Position numbers and translations under genes: made by a program. Of a DNA stretch of 36,317 bases, positions 1 to 8,717 are shown piece by piece. Under the pieces are notes generated by a model. That model ran no database searches, was not told where the DNA came from, and saw only the letters and a program-made list of their open reading frames with translations. This stretch comes from an uncultured Puniceicoccaceae bacterium (GTDB lineage: Bacteria; Verrucomicrobiota; Verrucomicrobiia; Opitutales; Puniceicoccaceae). The stretch spans positions 1 through 36,317 of the forward strand of contig CAZBLJ010000002.1 in the NCBI GenBank assembly GCA_964492605.1, written 5' to 3'. The first letter of the stretch is position 1; every line of letters starts with the position of its first letter.

Positions 1-400
1 CTACGACGTCGAGCAGCTGCACCCGCTCTTTGGGAAAAGGTGTCGCCGACTCAGGGGTTGTGGCGAGCATTTGGCTTACGGTTTGCTTGCTGTCCGAACT
101 GTACTTCAGCCACTGGCCGAGTTTGGTCCGACGCCATTGGATGAGGTCGCTTTCCTGAGCGTAGAGTTCGTCCAGCCGATTCAACAGAACTCGCTTCTTG
201 GACTCGACGATGCTCTTCTTGATCTTTTCGACTTTCTCGGGGTCGTCTTCTTTGTCGCGTTCGCTCGCTTCCGGCTCCTCCGGGATGATGAATTGTTCGA
301 CCAGGGCCTCCCGAATCGGCGTGTATAAGACCGCTCCGATCACGAGGACGTGGAGGAATACGGAAAGAAGAATCCAGAAATTAGCTCGGTTTTTCTTCAT
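1..400 (-). CDS. TonB/TolA-like single-pass membrane protein, 3'-truncated by the window edge (absent from the ORF track)
   Basis: ATG at 400 overlaps the exbD stop (ATGA). Open to the edge: MKKNRANFWILLSVFLHVLVIGAVLYTPIREALVEQFIIPEEPEASERDKEDDPEKVEKIKK... The N-terminal TM helix has the S-x3-H motif (SVFLH) of TonB/TolA anchors, followed by a charged helical region. Confidence 0.7.
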   Translation of the reverse strand, partial: MKKNRANFWILLSVFLHVLVIGAVLYTPIREALVEQFIIPEEPEASERDKEDDPEKVEKIKKSIVESKKRVLLNRLDELYAQESDLIQWRRTKLGQWLKYSSDSKQTVSQMLATTPESATPFPKERVQLLDVV

Positions 401-867
401 GTGCCGACTCCTTCGCTGACGGAATCGGTGCGATCCGATCCGTTCTCCTCTTCGTTGCCTTCCTCGGATGCTTTGATGCCAAAATTTTCGAGATTGAGCA
501 CCTTGATCTGGTCCAGCACCCCGGCGACCACGCGGAAGGGGGCCTTGCGGTCGGCATCCAGTCGGATTCTCCGGTCCGGCTCCTCCTCACTGATCTCGCG
601 TAGCGTCGTGTGCAAAAAGGTTCGAGTCGATTCCTCTCCGTCGACAAAGAGTTGTCCTTCTTCATCGATTCCGATCACCAGAAAGTCGGCCTCCTCTTTC
701 TTGACACGCTCCGTCGCCTGGACTTCGGGAAGATCGATATCGATCTCCTTATCGACTGTGCTTAACGTCGTCGAGACGAGGAAAAAGATCAGCAGAAGGA
801 ATACGATGTCGATGAGCGGTGCCATCGCCACGCCTTCGTCTTCGATACTGTCATCTTCGATGCGCAT
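397..867 (-). CDS. exbD: Biopolymer transport protein ExbD/TolR
   Basis: MAPLIDIVFLLLIFFLVST TM with the conserved Asp, IDLP motif, and IRLDADRKAPFRVVAGVLD periplasmic motif. Confidence 0.92.
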   Translation of the reverse strand: MRIEDDSIEDEGVAMAPLIDIVFLLLIFFLVSTTLSTVDKEIDIDLPEVQATERVKKEEADFLVIGIDEEGQLFVDGEESTRTFLHTTLREISEEEPDRRIRLDADRKAPFRVVAGVLDQIKVLNLENFGIKASEEGNEEENGSDRTDSVSEGVGT

Positions 868-899
868 GATCCTTCCGAGGGAAGAGTCTCTACAACCGG

Positions 900-1709
900 T
901 CAGCTGGTGGTTTTGAACCAGGCGTAGAGAGCCTCGGTGATCCGTTCTTCGAGAAGCGTTCCCATCTTCGAGGTCTTACTGCGGAAATAGTGATACAGCA
1001 TCAGGAACGGGATGGCCAGGCTCAGTCCGAGAGCAGTGGTGATCAGCGCTTTCGAAATGCTGTCGGCCAGAATCGATGCATCGCCCATCGATCCGGCGGC
1101 GGCAACGACTCCAAAGGCTTCGATCATTCCGATCACGGTGCCGAGAAGCCCGAGGAGCGGGGCCACGCTGGCCACTACCATGAGCATATAGGCTCGCTGC
1201 TGGTGGCTTTTCATCCCGCGTGCTGCAATATCGGTAGCGGCGACGTTTGCCTCGTCCATATTGTGGATATCGTTGGAGGCGAGGAATTGGATGACTTCGG
1301 CGTAGATGCTCTTCTCGTCTTTTACGGATTTCCGGACCCCTTCGAAATCATCCTTGCGCAATTGTGCGGCCACACTGCGGTGCAGGGATTCCGGGGCAAA
1401 GTTCTTCTCCTTGACGTTAAAAAAACGGTCGAAGGCAAAACCGAGGCCCAAAATGGAAAGAATCCCGAGGAAGAATGAAATGATCCCGCCTTTCTTGATT
1501 TCTTCGACCCAGTCCAGCTTGAACTCCCGCTCTTCCTCCCCGGAGTCCGCTTCAGAGTTGCCGACTTCGGCGGTTGAGGGGGCTTCCGCCCCGTCTTGAG
1601 CAAATGCTGGAGACAGCACGCCGGAAAAGGCACCGACAACGGCGAAGAGGATAAAGGTAAGCCAACGGCTTGAGCGGGTAATTTTATGAAAAGGTTTCAT
1701 GGGCTGCAT
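900..1709 (-). CDS. exbB: MotA/TolQ/ExbB proton-channel family protein with a signal-peptide-like N-terminal extension
   Basis: VAPLLGLLGTVIGMIEAF and ISKALITTALGLSLAIP signatures; N-terminus ends in AFA-Q; lies directly upstream of exbD. Confidence 0.92.
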   Translation of the reverse strand: MQPMKPFHKITRSSRWLTFILFAVVGAFSGVLSPAFAQDGAEAPSTAEVGNSEADSGEEEREFKLDWVEEIKKGGIISFFLGILSILGLGFAFDRFFNVKEKNFAPESLHRSVAAQLRKDDFEGVRKSVKDEKSIYAEVIQFLASNDIHNMDEANVAATDIAARGMKSHQQRAYMLMVVASVAPLLGLLGTVIGMIEAFGVVAAAGSMGDASILADSISKALITTALGLSLAIPFLMLYHYFRSKTSKMGTLLEERITEALYAWFKTTS

Positions 1710-1976
1710 TGGGGAGAAAGGACTCGCTGCTCATGGAGCGCGTATTTGTTTGGAAAGGGTTACGGTAACAGGGATTGGCTTTCTGAGGAACCCTACAAAT
1801 GTATGACCCAAATCATGATTCCGTAAAATAATTCGGATTCTGTTCTCGTTCGGCCCCTTCGAACATGAAGATGATCATTGAACTGCGGATTGCGGCGTCC
1901 TGTTTGGATCTTCCGGTTGCGTGACCACCATGAAACTCCGACGGCCCCGGCTGACCTTGGTTGGAGCGCCGAATTG

Positions 1977-4900
1977 CTATTCCTTCTTCCGGGAGAAACC
2001 GCAGCCCAGTGCTCCGAGGAGGAGGAAAGCGGCCAGGGCGATCCACCAGTTGCCTTCGTCTGCGGGTTGTCGGGTGGGTTCGGTTTGGAAGCGGACGTTC
2101 AGTTCGGCCCAGGGATCGACGGCGACTACGCGTTGGAGGCGGATGAACCGGGTGGCCCCGGGCACGGTGAGGTCGAATTGCGCGGGGGAGGGCAGGGCTG
2201 CGTTTTGTTGTTCGATCAATTGTTGGACGACGGCGGCCAGGCCTTCCGCGGATTGGGCGGATTGGACGGGGATGGCGCCGCTCTGGCTCTCCATCTGGGC
2301 CATGGCGTTGCCCGAGACGTTGGCGACTTTGGAGCGCCGTTGGTTGAGTCCGGAGAGGGCTTGCTGTTTGCGCACCTCATTCCACTGGACGAGGGCATCG
2401 GCGTTGAAGCGGGCATCGTTGAGGGAGAGGTTGTAGGCGGATTCGAAGGCCCGGTTGGCATCCTCGGTCTTCCCCTGCTTGAGAAGGGAGTTTCCAAGGC
2501 CGTAGAGTTCCCGGGCCGATTCGATGTTGGTGTCGACGACGGATTGGTTCGGACCGACTCCCGGATGTTCGGGGACGTCGGTCACGATGTCGGCGAGGTT
2601 CAGGGTGGTCTCAAGGGTGTCCATGGGCACCGTCCATTCCCGGGGAGCGTGAACCAGCCACTCGATGTTTTCGAGGGGTAGACCCAGGTCGGGGAGGGCC
2701 AGGTTTCGGGTCTCGGTGAGGGTTCGCGAGAGGGGGCGCTCCCGCGTGGCGGTGATCAATCGCACCTCGGTTTCCGCGCCGGGGACCGAACTCTTGGTCA
2801 GCGGGATGAGGATTTCATGGCCGTCTTTCCAGAGGCGGACGTTCTGTCCGTTGACGAACGCAGACCAGAGAGTCGTCTCCTCCTTCAACCGGATCGGGAG
2901 ATAGCGCTGACTCTGCGTTTGCAGGCGAACGACGGTCTCGGTGAGCGCGATTCCCGTCTCGGCGAGGATGCTGCGGGCGTTTACGGCGAGGACGCGGGCT
3001 TTGAGAAGCGACTCCGATTCGCCGAGATTGCGCACGGTAAAGTCGATGGACTGTCCGGGTTCGGTGAGGCGGAAGACCAGGCCGGACGCGGGGGCCTGGG
3101 TCCGGCCACGAAGGCGCTCCGGGATGTTGGTCCATAGGGCGCGATTGTTCTCGGCCGACGAAGCCGGGGTGAGGTCCAGTCGGGGATTCGTGAATACGGA
3201 AGCATAGGCGGTGGACCGGTCCGAATCCTGAAGGGACGGGAGGTCGAGGGTCCAGTCGTCGTCTTCCGGGACGGCTTCCGTGAAGTAATGAACGGTGAGG
3301 GAGGAGGTGCCGATGATGCGCCGGTCGAAGACGATTTTCCAGGTCGACGGATCGTCGGGACTCTCCTGGCGGAAGTGCGATAGGTGGGGATGCTCGACGA
3401 CGAGGGAGCTGTGGTCCTCCGGGACGGTGAGCAGGAGTTCTTTGACCCCGGCGTTTTCAATGTCGAGGGCGAAGCCGGTACGGTGTTCGACTCGGCTCGA
3501 GTCGACGGTGACGCGGGCGAGGCTTTGGGTCTCGATCCACGGACTGAGCTTCTCGATCGAATAGGCGGCTTGCCAATCCTTCGCAAGGAGCCGGATCAGG
3601 TGTCCGCCCGGTTTGCGAATGCCCTGACTCTGCGGATCGACCTGAAGGGCGGCGCTCTGCGGATCGACCGTGACCTTGAGGCCGAGTTCGGGGGAGATCT
3701 GGTAGAGGCCGGACTCGCGGGCCACCCGGGCGAATCGGATCGCGGGGAGCGGCCCGTCTTCGAGTCGGTCGGCCCCCGGGCCGCTGAAGGTGAGTGCGAG
3801 TTCGAGGGGGCCGAGGACTTTTTGCTGGAAATGGAGGATGATCTCGAGACCGTCGTCCGTGGCGTCCTTGGTCCAGTAGGCGAGGTTCGTCGCGGATATG
3901 TTTTCGACATCGAAGGGTGCCGGAACCGCAAAGCGCATGGAGAAGAGGCCGGCTTTCTCAACGGTAGCCTTTCCCTGGAAACTGAGGAGGGTCCGGTCCT
4001 CCCCGAGCGACAGGTTTTGGCGGGCGTCGATATGAATCTCCGGCTCGACTCCACGGGCGGTAAAGGCGAGCGAGGGCGCATCCTGCCCGAACCGGAAGCG
4101 TTCGCGGACGCTGAGAGTCTCCCCGACCATCTGCACGAGGGCGGGGTCGATGGAAGTGTCATTGCCACCCGGAGACATGGCCGTCGGTGTCACTCCGGTC
4201 ACCTCGACCTCGGAGGGTGTAGCGAGGAGAACGGAGCCGAGGGAGGATTCCACGTCGGCGATGCGCGGGATCTCAAGTTCGGTCTCGTAGGGGAGGTTGG
4301 ACTTCACCATCTCGGTCACGACCCGGATGGTGAACGGTGTGGAAACCGGCTCGGAGGCGAGGAGTTGCAGAGTTCCGGTCTCCGGATTGAACTGCCAGGT
4401 GTGTCCGCGGTTGGCCTCGACGTGGGTGACGATTTGCGATTCGGGGATGTCGATGGAAAATACCGAGGATTGCCCCTGGGCGAAGGAGAGGTTGAAGCGA
4501 TGCTCTCCGATGACGACGCCGCTGATCGGGACATAAACGTGCCTGGATTCGCTGAAAAAGCGCAGCGGCTCTTTGGCGGGATCGCGTGTTGCGGGGGACC
4601 AGGTGATGTCGGGACGGGAGCCGACGCGGAAGGTCAATTCGAGGCTTTGACCGTCCTCGCTTTCCCGGATGTCGACCGCTTCGTCCGAATCGAGGGTCAG
4701 GCGGTCCAATGCTTTGCCATGGAGGGTGGCCTTCTGCATCAAGGCGGGGCCGACGGCGAGGACCACGGTGCGGGAGTTGCCCTCGACCTGGGGTTCCCAG
4801 AGAGCTTCCATCCGGATTTGATGGGTGCCGGCACTCCTGGCCCGGGCGAGCAGAGCGCCTTCGGTTGTGTCGACCAGTTCGATCGACTCGGTATCGTAAT

Positions 4901-7900
4901 CGATGGCGGTCACCCGGGTGCCGGCGGGGGCGAGAGCCAGGGTTTCTCCGGCCGTGGCCTTCCATTCGATCCGGGTCTCCCCTGACAGGCGATTCGCGTG
5001 CAGCGTCAGGTCGTGGGAGATGTTCTCGGCCCGGGCGGCCGATAGGTCAGGCGGGTTGCCGATCCCGAGGGCCAGCAGGGCGAGAAGCATCGAGGCTTTT
5101 CCACCGTCAGCCAGGCGGAATCGCCGGGCGAAAAGAATCTGGGCCACGACCGCAATGACTCCGATCCAGAGAAGGGGCCAGCCGGCCGGGAAAGAGGCGG
5201 CGGATGCGAAAAAGATCAGGGCCAGCCCACCGGAAGAAAGGGCGAGGGCCGCGAATCGGTTTTGACGAAGCGCAAAGGCTCCGACCAGGAGGACGATTCC
5301 GGCTCCGAGCCAGGGGAGGCTCGGATGAAATCCACGGGAGCCCTCCGGTGCGGTCAAGACGACGGTGGCGTGGATCGACTCGGCGGCGGGAAGGACTTTT
5401 CCGGTGAACTCAAGCTGCTCGGGAAGCGGAGTCGGATGACCCTGGACCAGATTCGTTTCGAGGGAGAGGGAGGCCCCGACGAAGGCAATGAGGGCACAGG
5501 TGCAGATGGCGATGCCGATGAGGAACCGTCTCCACCAGTGGGGAACCCGAATGGCGAGCCGCACCAGCAGGACCACACCCATGGTGCCGAATCCGAAGAG
5601 GAGGAGGCCGATGGCGAAAGCGAAGCCCTGGCGCGGAGGGGGTTGCGGGAGGTTGGTCGGGGCGAGAAGGCCGTCCCGGAAATCGGGTACTACCGATCCG
5701 TCGGCGCGGACCGTCCAATTGAAGTCCTGCACCGGGGCGGGGAAGACGGGGAGGGAGAGACGCATCTTCGAGGACGGGTCGCCGGGATTGGCGGTGGTCA
5801 GCGATACGCGGAGTGTTCCGTCGGGCCCGGTCGTGGCGGGAAGGGGGATCAAGGTGCGGCTCCCGTCCGTCACCGGAGTGACGGCCTGACCGGCCACCTG
5901 TGTTTCCCAGATCCGCGAACCTTCCGGGGCTTCGAGGGCGAGGTAGGGTCTCTGAATGCTACGCAGGGTCAGGTTCAGCTCGGTGATGAGTTCGCCGGAG
6001 GGGTTGATCCGGGTCCGGGCCCGGAGGCTTTCGATGTTCTGCTGGATCGATGCGATTCCGGGGAGGGAGCGTAGCGCGACAGAGAGTTCCGGATTCTCGT
6101 TCTCGTAGCGGAAGGCGGCAATCAGCGGTGAGGAGTAGAGGAGTCGCCATTCCTCGGGAAGGTCCCGTGCTTCGATCCGGGTGATCGTTCCGGATTCTTC
6201 CTGCCGCGCGATCTCGAAAGGGAAATGGGAGACGAAGGCGAGGAACCCCTGTTCGTCGGCTTCGAGAAGAGGGGTAGGCCCCGTCGTCGGGAAGAGGGTG
6301 TCGCGAGCGATCGGGGATTCGTAGGTCGCGAGGATCGTGAAGGCACCGGAGAGCGGAGACTGGAACCGCAGCGTTGCCGTCCGTTCTTTCAAGGTCCAGC
6401 TGCGAAGGCCCTCCCCCTGGAAGTCGGGATTATCGTAGCCCTCGGGCAGCTCGAATTGGAGTTCGGTCAACGGGGCACCGGTCACGGCGAAGTTGAAGAT
6501 AGCGCTGCCGTAGAGCGTTTCTTCGGCCAGAGTCAGGAGGCGGAAAGTGTCGAGGCGGATGGATTGCGCGACGGCGGAGAGGGAGGCGGAAAGGGTCCAA
6601 TCCCTTTGCTGCATGCGCCATGCGAAGGAGGCGCGGTCCTGAAACCGGGGAAGAAAGGCGGAGGCAATCTCGGTGAGGTTCCCGGTTTGATCGACCTGGA
6701 TGCGGATGCCCTCCACCGTGCCGAGGCCGACGAATCCACGCACGAGATTGGCATCCGGAATCATAACGGGTTGAACGGAGAGCGGACGCGGTTCGAAGGA
6801 GCCGGGTCGCTCCATCTCGATCCCGAAGGCGGTGCGTCCTTTGATCTCGCCGTTCAGGTAGATCTGAATGAGATGTTTCCCGCCTTCCTCGACCAGCTGG
6901 TAATCCTTCACGTCCCCGCCGGAAACGGAGAGGACCATGAAATTCTCGGGGATCTCGACGGGGATCGTGGAGACGGCGGCCTCCCGGATCTCGACGTCGA
7001 AATCCGCGGAGAGGTGGATTCCGGAAAAGTCGGTTTCGTAGAGAATGACGACGGACTGGAAAAGTTCCGGAGTGACCGGTTCGGCCCGGAGGGAGAGGCT
7101 GTAGTCGGCCGAACCGTGGCGGAAGGCGATCGCGGGGCGGTTGCCGGGTGAATCGCGGAAGTCGAAGCGGGCCGCGGGAAAGAGGTTGGGCGCGACCTGG
7201 AGGAGGCCGTTGGTTCCGGCGATGTCGATCTTGGTCTCGGCGTCGAAGTCGACGCGAAGAAAACCGCTGAACCGCTGGGTGCCCTCGGGCGAAAGGCGGG
7301 TGGGCTCAACCTCGACCGGGAAGGCGTTGAGGATCTCCATCATCTTCACCCGGAGAAGAAACTGTCCGCTTTGGGCTTCGGAGAAATGGACGAGGATCTC
7401 GCGGGTGCCGTCTGCGGTTTCGCGAACCGACCAGTCGCGAATGGCAGGGCCGGTCAGGTCGAGGATGTCGGCGGGGCCGTCCACGTTGAGGCGGACTTCC
7501 TGCATGGCTCCCTGGGTGAGGGAGTAGGCGAAGCGGGTTTCCTGCTCGAGCGCACCTTTGGCCACGGTGATGGTCGTCGCGCCGTCGACGGTGAAGAACT
7601 CCTTCGCGCTGCGTTTGTCGGCACCGCGCGTCCAGCTCATCCGGACCGCACCTTCGCGGTCGAGCGGAAAGCTTTCGATGGATTCCGATTCCGAAAGGAG
7701 GCGGGTCACCCCGGCGACCGTTACCAGTAGCGGCTCGTCGAAACGGTTGACGGCTTCGAAATGCCGGACCGTTCCCTCGGCGGGAATAAAGGTGAGGGAA
7801 CCCCCGTCGACGCTGTCCTGGACCTTTACCGTGAACGGCAGCTGCACTGCAAAACTTCCGGAACGGGGAAACTTGAGACGGACATTTCCCGGAGAACCGT

Positions 7901-8717
7901 GGATCGTGTAGTCGTCTGTGTCCGGGGCTTCGGTGAGGGCGATGGCACCGCGGAGAAGGGGCAGCTCGACTCCATCCTCGGAGTGGACGGTGATGGTCCC
8001 GCTCCAGAGATGACGGGGACCGGACGGGGTAAACTCGGTACGAAGGGTGTAGTCCTCGATGGTGAAGGGATTGACGGGGACCTGCCGGGCGGCGACCGAG
8101 AACTCGTAGGGAAAACCTTCGAGGGCGAACGCGGCACTTTGGGCGGTCGGGTTCTCGAGGGCGCGGACCTTGTCGCCTGGTTGAAATTGAAGACCGATTC
8201 CGGGTTGGGTGCGGAACTCAACCGAAGCTCTCGCGAGCCCCTCGAAGGGTGGACGGATTTGGAGAAGATCCGCCGATTCCCAGGGAAGCGACTGCTCGTG
8301 GGAAGTGAGGATCTCGATCGTTTTCCCTTCGGGAGTCCGGGAGGGTGAGAAGGCGAGGCCGAGCGTTGCGCCTTCCTCCTCTTGCTGAAGACCCCAGCCG
8401 CGCAAGTCCGCTCCGCGCACCTCTCGGATGGATTCGGCGTTTTCCAGGTGGAGGTAGACCAGGGTCAGCGGAGTCGCGACGGGCTCCAGAGTCACCTTCC
8501 AGCTGCCGGTGGTCTTCTCCGCTGCGACCGTGATGCTCCCATGGATACGAGTTGCGATCTTTCCGTGGTGGGGAGTCTCGGCGGGATCGAACTCTCCATG
8601 GATGACGAAACTTCCCGAGCGGCCGTCGGGCTGTGGGGCCGGGGCCACCGTCTCGGCGGAGCGAGCCGGATGGGAAAGAAGGAGGAGCGGGAGGAGAAAC
8701 GCTTTTATCATGTTCAT
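1977..8717 (-). CDS. Giant (~2,246 aa) membrane-anchored protein of unknown function, built from repeated beta-rich modules, with a central multi-TM block and a C-terminal TM anchor
   Basis: Start re-placed at ATG 8717 (MNMIKAFLLPLLLLSHPARSA, signal peptide), which overlaps the vWA gene stop (ATGA). About six hydrophobic segments at ~5626-5035; ends WWIALAAFLLLGALGCGFSRKKE. Confidence 0.85.
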   Translation of the reverse strand: MNMIKAFLLPLLLLSHPARSAETVAPAPQPDGRSGSFVIHGEFDPAETPHHGKIATRIHGSITVAAEKTTGSWKVTLEPVATPLTLVYLHLENAESIREVRGADLRGWGLQQEEEGATLGLAFSPSRTPEGKTIEILTSHEQSLPWESADLLQIRPPFEGLARASVEFRTQPGIGLQFQPGDKVRALENPTAQSAAFALEGFPYEFSVAARQVPVNPFTIEDYTLRTEFTPSGPRHLWSGTITVHSEDGVELPLLRGAIALTEAPDTDDYTIHGSPGNVRLKFPRSGSFAVQLPFTVKVQDSVDGGSLTFIPAEGTVRHFEAVNRFDEPLLVTVAGVTRLLSESESIESFPLDREGAVRMSWTRGADKRSAKEFFTVDGATTITVAKGALEQETRFAYSLTQGAMQEVRLNVDGPADILDLTGPAIRDWSVRETADGTREILVHFSEAQSGQFLLRVKMMEILNAFPVEVEPTRLSPEGTQRFSGFLRVDFDAETKIDIAGTNGLLQVAPNLFPAARFDFRDSPGNRPAIAFRHGSADYSLSLRAEPVTPELFQSVVILYETDFSGIHLSADFDVEIREAAVSTIPVEIPENFMVLSVSGGDVKDYQLVEEGGKHLIQIYLNGEIKGRTAFGIEMERPGSFEPRPLSVQPVMIPDANLVRGFVGLGTVEGIRIQVDQTGNLTEIASAFLPRFQDRASFAWRMQQRDWTLSASLSAVAQSIRLDTFRLLTLAEETLYGSAIFNFAVTGAPLTELQFELPEGYDNPDFQGEGLRSWTLKERTATLRFQSPLSGAFTILATYESPIARDTLFPTTGPTPLLEADEQGFLAFVSHFPFEIARQEESGTITRIEARDLPEEWRLLYSSPLIAAFRYENENPELSVALRSLPGIASIQQNIESLRARTRINPSGELITELNLTLRSIQRPYLALEAPEGSRIWETQVAGQAVTPVTDGSRTLIPLPATTGPDGTLRVSLTTANPGDPSSKMRLSLPVFPAPVQDFNWTVRADGSVVPDFRDGLLAPTNLPQPPPRQGFAFAIGLLLFGFGTMGVVLLVRLAIRVPHWWRRFLIGIAICTCALIAFVGASLSLETNLVQGHPTPLPEQLEFTGKVLPAAESIHATVVLTAPEGSRGFHPSLPWLGAGIVLLVGAFALRQNRFAALALSSGGLALIFFASAASFPAGWPLLWIGVIAVVAQILFARRFRLADGGKASMLLALLALGIGNPPDLSAARAENISHDLTLHANRLSGETRIEWKATAGETLALAPAGTRVTAIDYDTESIELVDTTEGALLARARSAGTHQIRMEALWEPQVEGNSRTVVLAVGPALMQKATLHGKALDRLTLDSDEAVDIRESEDGQSLELTFRVGSRPDITWSPATRDPAKEPLRFFSESRHVYVPISGVVIGEHRFNLSFAQGQSSVFSIDIPESQIVTHVEANRGHTWQFNPETGTLQLLASEPVSTPFTIRVVTEMVKSNLPYETELEIPRIADVESSLGSVLLATPSEVEVTGVTPTAMSPGGNDTSIDPALVQMVGETLSVRERFRFGQDAPSLAFTARGVEPEIHIDARQNLSLGEDRTLLSFQGKATVEKAGLFSMRFAVPAPFDVENISATNLAYWTKDATDDGLEIILHFQQKVLGPLELALTFSGPGADRLEDGPLPAIRFARVARESGLYQISPELGLKVTVDPQSAALQVDPQSQGIRKPGGHLIRLLAKDWQAAYSIEKLSPWIETQSLARVTVDSSRVEHRTGFALDIENAGVKELLLTVPEDHSSLVVEHPHLSHFRQESPDDPSTWKIVFDRRIIGTSSLTVHYFTEAVPEDDDWTLDLPSLQDSDRSTAYASVFTNPRLDLTPASSAENNRALWTNIPERLRGRTQAPASGLVFRLTEPGQSIDFTVRNLGESESLLKARVLAVNARSILAETGIALTETVVRLQTQSQRYLPIRLKEETTLWSAFVNGQNVRLWKDGHEILIPLTKSSVPGAETEVRLITATRERPLSRTLTETRNLALPDLGLPLENIEWLVHAPREWTVPMDTLETTLNLADIVTDVPEHPGVGPNQSVVDTNIESARELYGLGNSLLKQGKTEDANRAFESAYNLSLNDARFNADALVQWNEVRKQQALSGLNQRRSKVANVSGNAMAQMESQSGAIPVQSAQSAEGLAAVVQQLIEQQNAALPSPAQFDLTVPGATRFIRLQRVVAVDPWAELNVRFQTEPTRQPADEGNWWIALAAFLLLGALGCGFSRKKE

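Noticed and set aside
3384-4985. Long antisense ORFs (also 6225-7151, 12431-14182, 14285-15976, 21501-23018, 23991-25133, 28129-30165, 30291-31583)
   Set aside because: Shadow frames of real genes, expected from high-GC codon bias; no recognisable motifs.
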